DNA of 64,000 bases, from positions 86,056,001 to 86,120,000 of the forward strand of contig OX597825.1 of NCBI GenBank assembly GCA_951406725.2. The letters are read 5' to 3'. How positions within the stretch are numbered: position 1 is the stretch's first letter; each line of letters opens with the position of its first letter. The DNA comes from Octopus vulgaris (lineage: Eukaryota). The notes under the pieces were generated by a model. The model was given only the letters and a program-made list of their open reading frames with translations. It was not told the origin of the DNA and searched no databases. Shown here in pieces: positions 62,601 through 64,000 of this stretch. Position numbers and translations under genes: made by a program.

Positions 62601-63510
62601 TAATAGATTGTGAGTTTACAAGTTCAATTCCTGCTGTTCCAATCCACTCAGCTGGGAATAATGAGTTATATCTTTAATTCAAAGGGGCCAGCTTTGTCAC
62701 ATCCTGTGTCCATATGTCTGTGGAGTACTCAGCCACTTGCATGTTAATTTCACCAGCTAGATGTTCTGTTGATTGGATCAATTGGAACACTTGTTGTAAA
62801 TGCCTTGGTGGAATTTGAACTCTCAATGTAAAAGAACAGAAATAGCACAAGACATTGTGCCAGAAACTCGGCTGATTCTTCCATTCACTATCTTTTAGAG
62901 AATTGGTTTCTAACCCAAGTACAACACCTCAATTTGGTAGAGAAGAAAAGGTGATTAACCCAAAGCCAGAACATCAATGGCATTGTATGTACCCAGGATA
63001 ATGAAAGGTAAAGAAGGCCCTAGTGAGATTTGAACACAGAATGTTAAGGATTATTTCTCTGTACCACAAGCCATTTTAACAGCAATCTATTGATTTTGCC
63101 AACTCAATGCCCTCCAATAGTATTAATATTGATTTCTAATATAAATATTGATTTCTAAATGTAGTATTTTCACATGGGTATTAATATTAACAGTAACTAC
63201 ACCATCTGTGTTCTCCTTGCTGAAGGGAGTCTGACGATGTTAAATATTTAACATTGTAAAAAGTAACGGCCAACTTCACATGGTGTCCTTCAGCTGCAAA
63301 TAAACCGAAGCAATATTTTGCTGATCCCAAGTGAATTTGTGAACCGCTAAACCATATTTCTAGGGAGGCATATGAAGAAATAAGTGAAAGACAAAGGATA
63401 CAAAGCATAAGTCTGAGTACGGGATGGTCGTAATTGGCATTCTTGATGTAGTCAATAATTTCCAAAGCTGGTTGCCTCACCATAATACTAGTCTCACGAA
63501 ACAGTTGGCA
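36297..63510 (-). CDS. DAP3: DAP3 / mitochondrial ribosomal protein mS29, spliced gene span; 3' part, N-terminal exons lie beyond right edge
   Basis: 10 exons join in frame: MVRQPALE, P-loop [17 protein letters not shown], Walker-B-like LVAVDGVN, KNDW, FELLEPFIPV, EEGKKELIFLSNHNP, stop TGA. Confidence 0.96.
36469..36683. repeat. 66-bp inverted repeat with 83-nt spacer
   Basis: Arms 36469-36534 and 36618-36683, two mismatches. Confidence 0.9.
37523..37795. mobile_element. hAT (Charlie-like) MITE
   Basis: AGGGGTTCCC...GGGAACCCTTG termini, TCTAGA on both flanks, subterminal GTGGACCCC motifs. Confidence 0.65.
38229..38427 (+). rRNA. Isolated fragment (pseudogene) of eukaryotic LSU/28S rRNA 3' region including the sarcin-ricin loop
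   Basis: CCTACCGAT...AGTACGAGAGGAAC (SRL)...GGCTGAACGCCTCTAAGCC in the order found in 28S; GC-rich island in an AT-rich intron. Confidence 0.85.
38761..38875 (-). CDS. DAP3: DAP3 exon (AFELLEPFIPVYVPEYNDKEILSCLDYYIDQLWLQNPK)
   Basis: 115 nt; PFIP and YY...WLQ motifs; gtgagc donor. Confidence 0.95.
39695..39835. mobile_element. Mariner-type MITE
   Basis: TIR AGGTTGTCCCAAAAGTTCGTA / TACGAACTTTTGGGACAACCT with TA flanks. Confidence 0.8.
42842..43033. repeat. ~67-bp inverted repeat
   Basis: Arms ~42842-42908 and ~42965-43033. Confidence 0.85.
43121..43213 (-). CDS. DAP3: DAP3 exon (SNGIVAGIVDIVANPSDQREKCTPHYLLQKE)
   Basis: 93 nt; tttcag acceptor, gtacac donor, phase 0 on both sides; P..LL.KE pattern. 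Confidence 0.85.
44010..45335 (+). mobile_element. RTE-clade LINE 3' fragment: PHD-like Cys cluster inside RT, C-terminal region, 3' UTR with ~50-bp tandem units and (GAT)n tail
   Basis: SIKCTQCKLWTHKR, FRYLGD, RIRIAWAKFR, RRLRWYGH, RGRGRPRKTW; tail TTAGGAAGGGCATCCAGCTGTAG...(GAT)n. Confidence 0.9.
46690..46875 (+). mobile_element. R4-like reverse transcriptase relic
   Basis: Translates to DLGMEFGTSKC...KRGK...then KYLGILE after a frameshift. Confidence 0.6.
46917..46976 (-). CDS. DAP3: DAP3 exon (ISCDKISLFHNFRKILKNDW)
   Basis: 60 nt; KNDW then gtaag donor. Confidence 0.93.
47131..47697. mobile_element. Fold-back mariner derivative made of two inverted 3' ends
   Basis: ~245-bp inverted arms, TA termini, SPDLAPSDYHLF transposase motif in the centre. 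Confidence 0.85.
47822..47900 (-). CDS. DAP3: DAP3 exon (HRVLVAVDGVNGLWGTTSVKDENYDY)
   Basis: 79 nt; LVAVDG.N.LWG motif. Confidence 0.94.
48979..49061 (+). ncRNA. Type-I minimal hammerhead ribozyme motif (Penelope-LTR-like)
   Basis: Stem I CTTTC/GAAAG; core CTGAGGA; stem II GAAGAT/GTCTTC with long insert; GAAA; TATAT; GTC cleavage triplet. Confidence 0.7.
49534..49613 (-). CDS. DAP3: DAP3 exon (GLARPRYASDVVGIILKEVKKSASEK-K)
   Basis: 80 nt; A.D.VG..LKE motif. Confidence 0.93.
50095..51093 (-). mobile_element. RTE LINE 3' end with tandem-repeat 3' UTR
   Basis: RLRWYGHVARM...RGRPRKT; same tail family as 44010-45335. Confidence 0.85.
51505..51579 (-). CDS. DAP3: DAP3 exon ([25 protein letters not shown])
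   Basis: 75 nt; Y.WSKRE motif; tttcag acceptor, gtaagt donor. Confidence 0.94.
53210..53779 (+). mobile_element. Mariner transposase remnant with 3' TIR
   Basis: LSVWWDMKG, FHQNNA, HSPDTAPSNSHLF; ends TTATTTATGGGCTGACCCAATA. Confidence 0.8.
53935..54071 (-). CDS. DAP3: DAP3 exon (SMWKKAWREISMSTFKPGRIDFPLIAVDWLKLFKSQNEAFLQDIK)
   Basis: 137 nt; phase fits; R.D.PL.A..WL..FK..N pattern. Confidence 0.93.
55140..55210 (-). mobile_element. Penelope-LTR-like fragment with hammerhead-like motif (related copy at 48710-48780)
   Basis: Minus strand CTTT-CTGTTGA-A-GAGC/GCTC-GAAA-TG-TA-AAAG. Confidence 0.5.
57808..57914 (-). pseudogene. Orphan partial duplicate of a DAP3 exon 3' end, U12 donor and ~70 nt of intron
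   Basis: Aligns to 63330-63438 (HPVLR..L|GTATCCTTTGTCTTTCAC...TCACAAATTCACT). Confidence 0.85.
59387..59479 (-). CDS. DAP3: DAP3 P-loop exon ([31 protein letters not shown])
   Basis: 93 nt; Walker A GxxGxGKT; gtaagt donor. Confidence 0.96.
60474..60613 (-). mobile_element. Penelope-LTR-like repeat with hammerhead-like motif (copy 1)
   Basis: Minus strand GACAC-CTGATAA-AAGCTT..CAGCC-GAAA-TGTT-GTGTT; inverted relative to 62011-62151. Confidence 0.6.
61296..61853 (+). mobile_element. Second, shorter copy of the R4/Dong element
   Basis: Near-identical to 5039-5603, ending in (AAT)n. Confidence 0.9.
62011..62151 (+). mobile_element. Penelope-LTR-like repeat with hammerhead-like motif (copy 2)
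   Basis: GACAC-CTGATAA-A-GGCTG/CAGCC-AAAA-CGTT-GTGTT. Confidence 0.6.
63402..63510 (-). CDS. DAP3: DAP3 exon (CQLFRETSIMVRQPALEIIDYIKNANYDHPVLRLML-Y)
   Basis: 109 nt; cttcag acceptor; followed by U12 donor GTATCCTTT. Confidence 0.95.
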
Positions 63511-64000
63511 CTGAAGGAGAAAAATAAAGAGATAGGAAAAAAAAAGAAAAAAAAAGATTGTAATTATGCATTGAAAAGTGGCAGCAGTGAACATGGGAGA
63601 GGGAGGGGGCAGAGGGAGGGAGAGATCAATATTAATCAATAGAAAAGGACAACTAAACAGGGCAACACAACAGACTCAAAATGTCATGTTGTAAGTAGTT
63701 TTCTTGTGAAACAAATCAAGGTGTTTTAAAAAGTAAAAGAAAAATTGTACATACACGGTGTGACGTGTACAAAACATGAAGAGAAGATGGTGTTAATTTG
63801 AGAGATGAAATAACTATTCTATGGAGTGGCCATGGTTAGGATAACACTGGGTCTTAATCTCTTATTTGGGGATGCCGATATTTGAAGGGGTAAGATAGGA
63901 ACATGTTAATGGAGGTGGGTTAAGCATTTATACCAGGTTCTTAAATAAGGGAACAACACACTCTAGTTGTACATAATTTTACAAAGGACTGGTTGGTCAC

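Larger units (their letters stand above)
59480..63401 (-). other. U12-type (minor spliceosome) GT-AG intron of DAP3
   Basis: Donor GTATCCTTT (63401-63393); branch-site-like TTCCCTGAC (59500-59492) about 13 nt before AG; no extended polypyrimidine tract. Confidence 0.9.

Noticed and set aside
63187-63639. 150-aa ORF as a complete exon
   Set aside because: Only 63402-63510 is DAP3-like; the remainder is intron read through the U12 donor

Overview
AT-rich, microsatellite- and SINE-dense animal genomic DNA. The repeat families suggest an octopod cephalopod (inference). There are two intron-rich genes, both on the minus strand. (1) The 5' half of cobalamin-dependent methionine synthase MTR: 21 coding exons mapped by hand between 23731 and the left edge, all GT-AG and phase-consistent. 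(2) The 3' part of DAP3/mS29 (mitoribosomal small-subunit GTP-binding protein): 10 exons, 63510 down to the stop at 36297. Most ORFs in the supplied track are microsatellite artefacts. Introns and the intergenic region hold tRNA-derived SINEs, RTE, CR1 and R4/Dong LINE remnants, and Tc1/mariner and hAT relics. The most notable observations are: a U12-type (minor spliceosome) intron in DAP3 plus an orphan duplicate of its U12 donor in the next intron; several unrelated type-I minimal hammerhead-ribozyme motifs of the Penelope-LTR kind, one with an intact core; a two-copy structured element in MTR introns with HDV-ribozyme-like topology; a divergent LSU rRNA fragment (sarcin-ricin loop) with compensatory base changes; R4/Dong elements stacked in (AAT)n; and several long fold-back hairpins in DAP3 introns.
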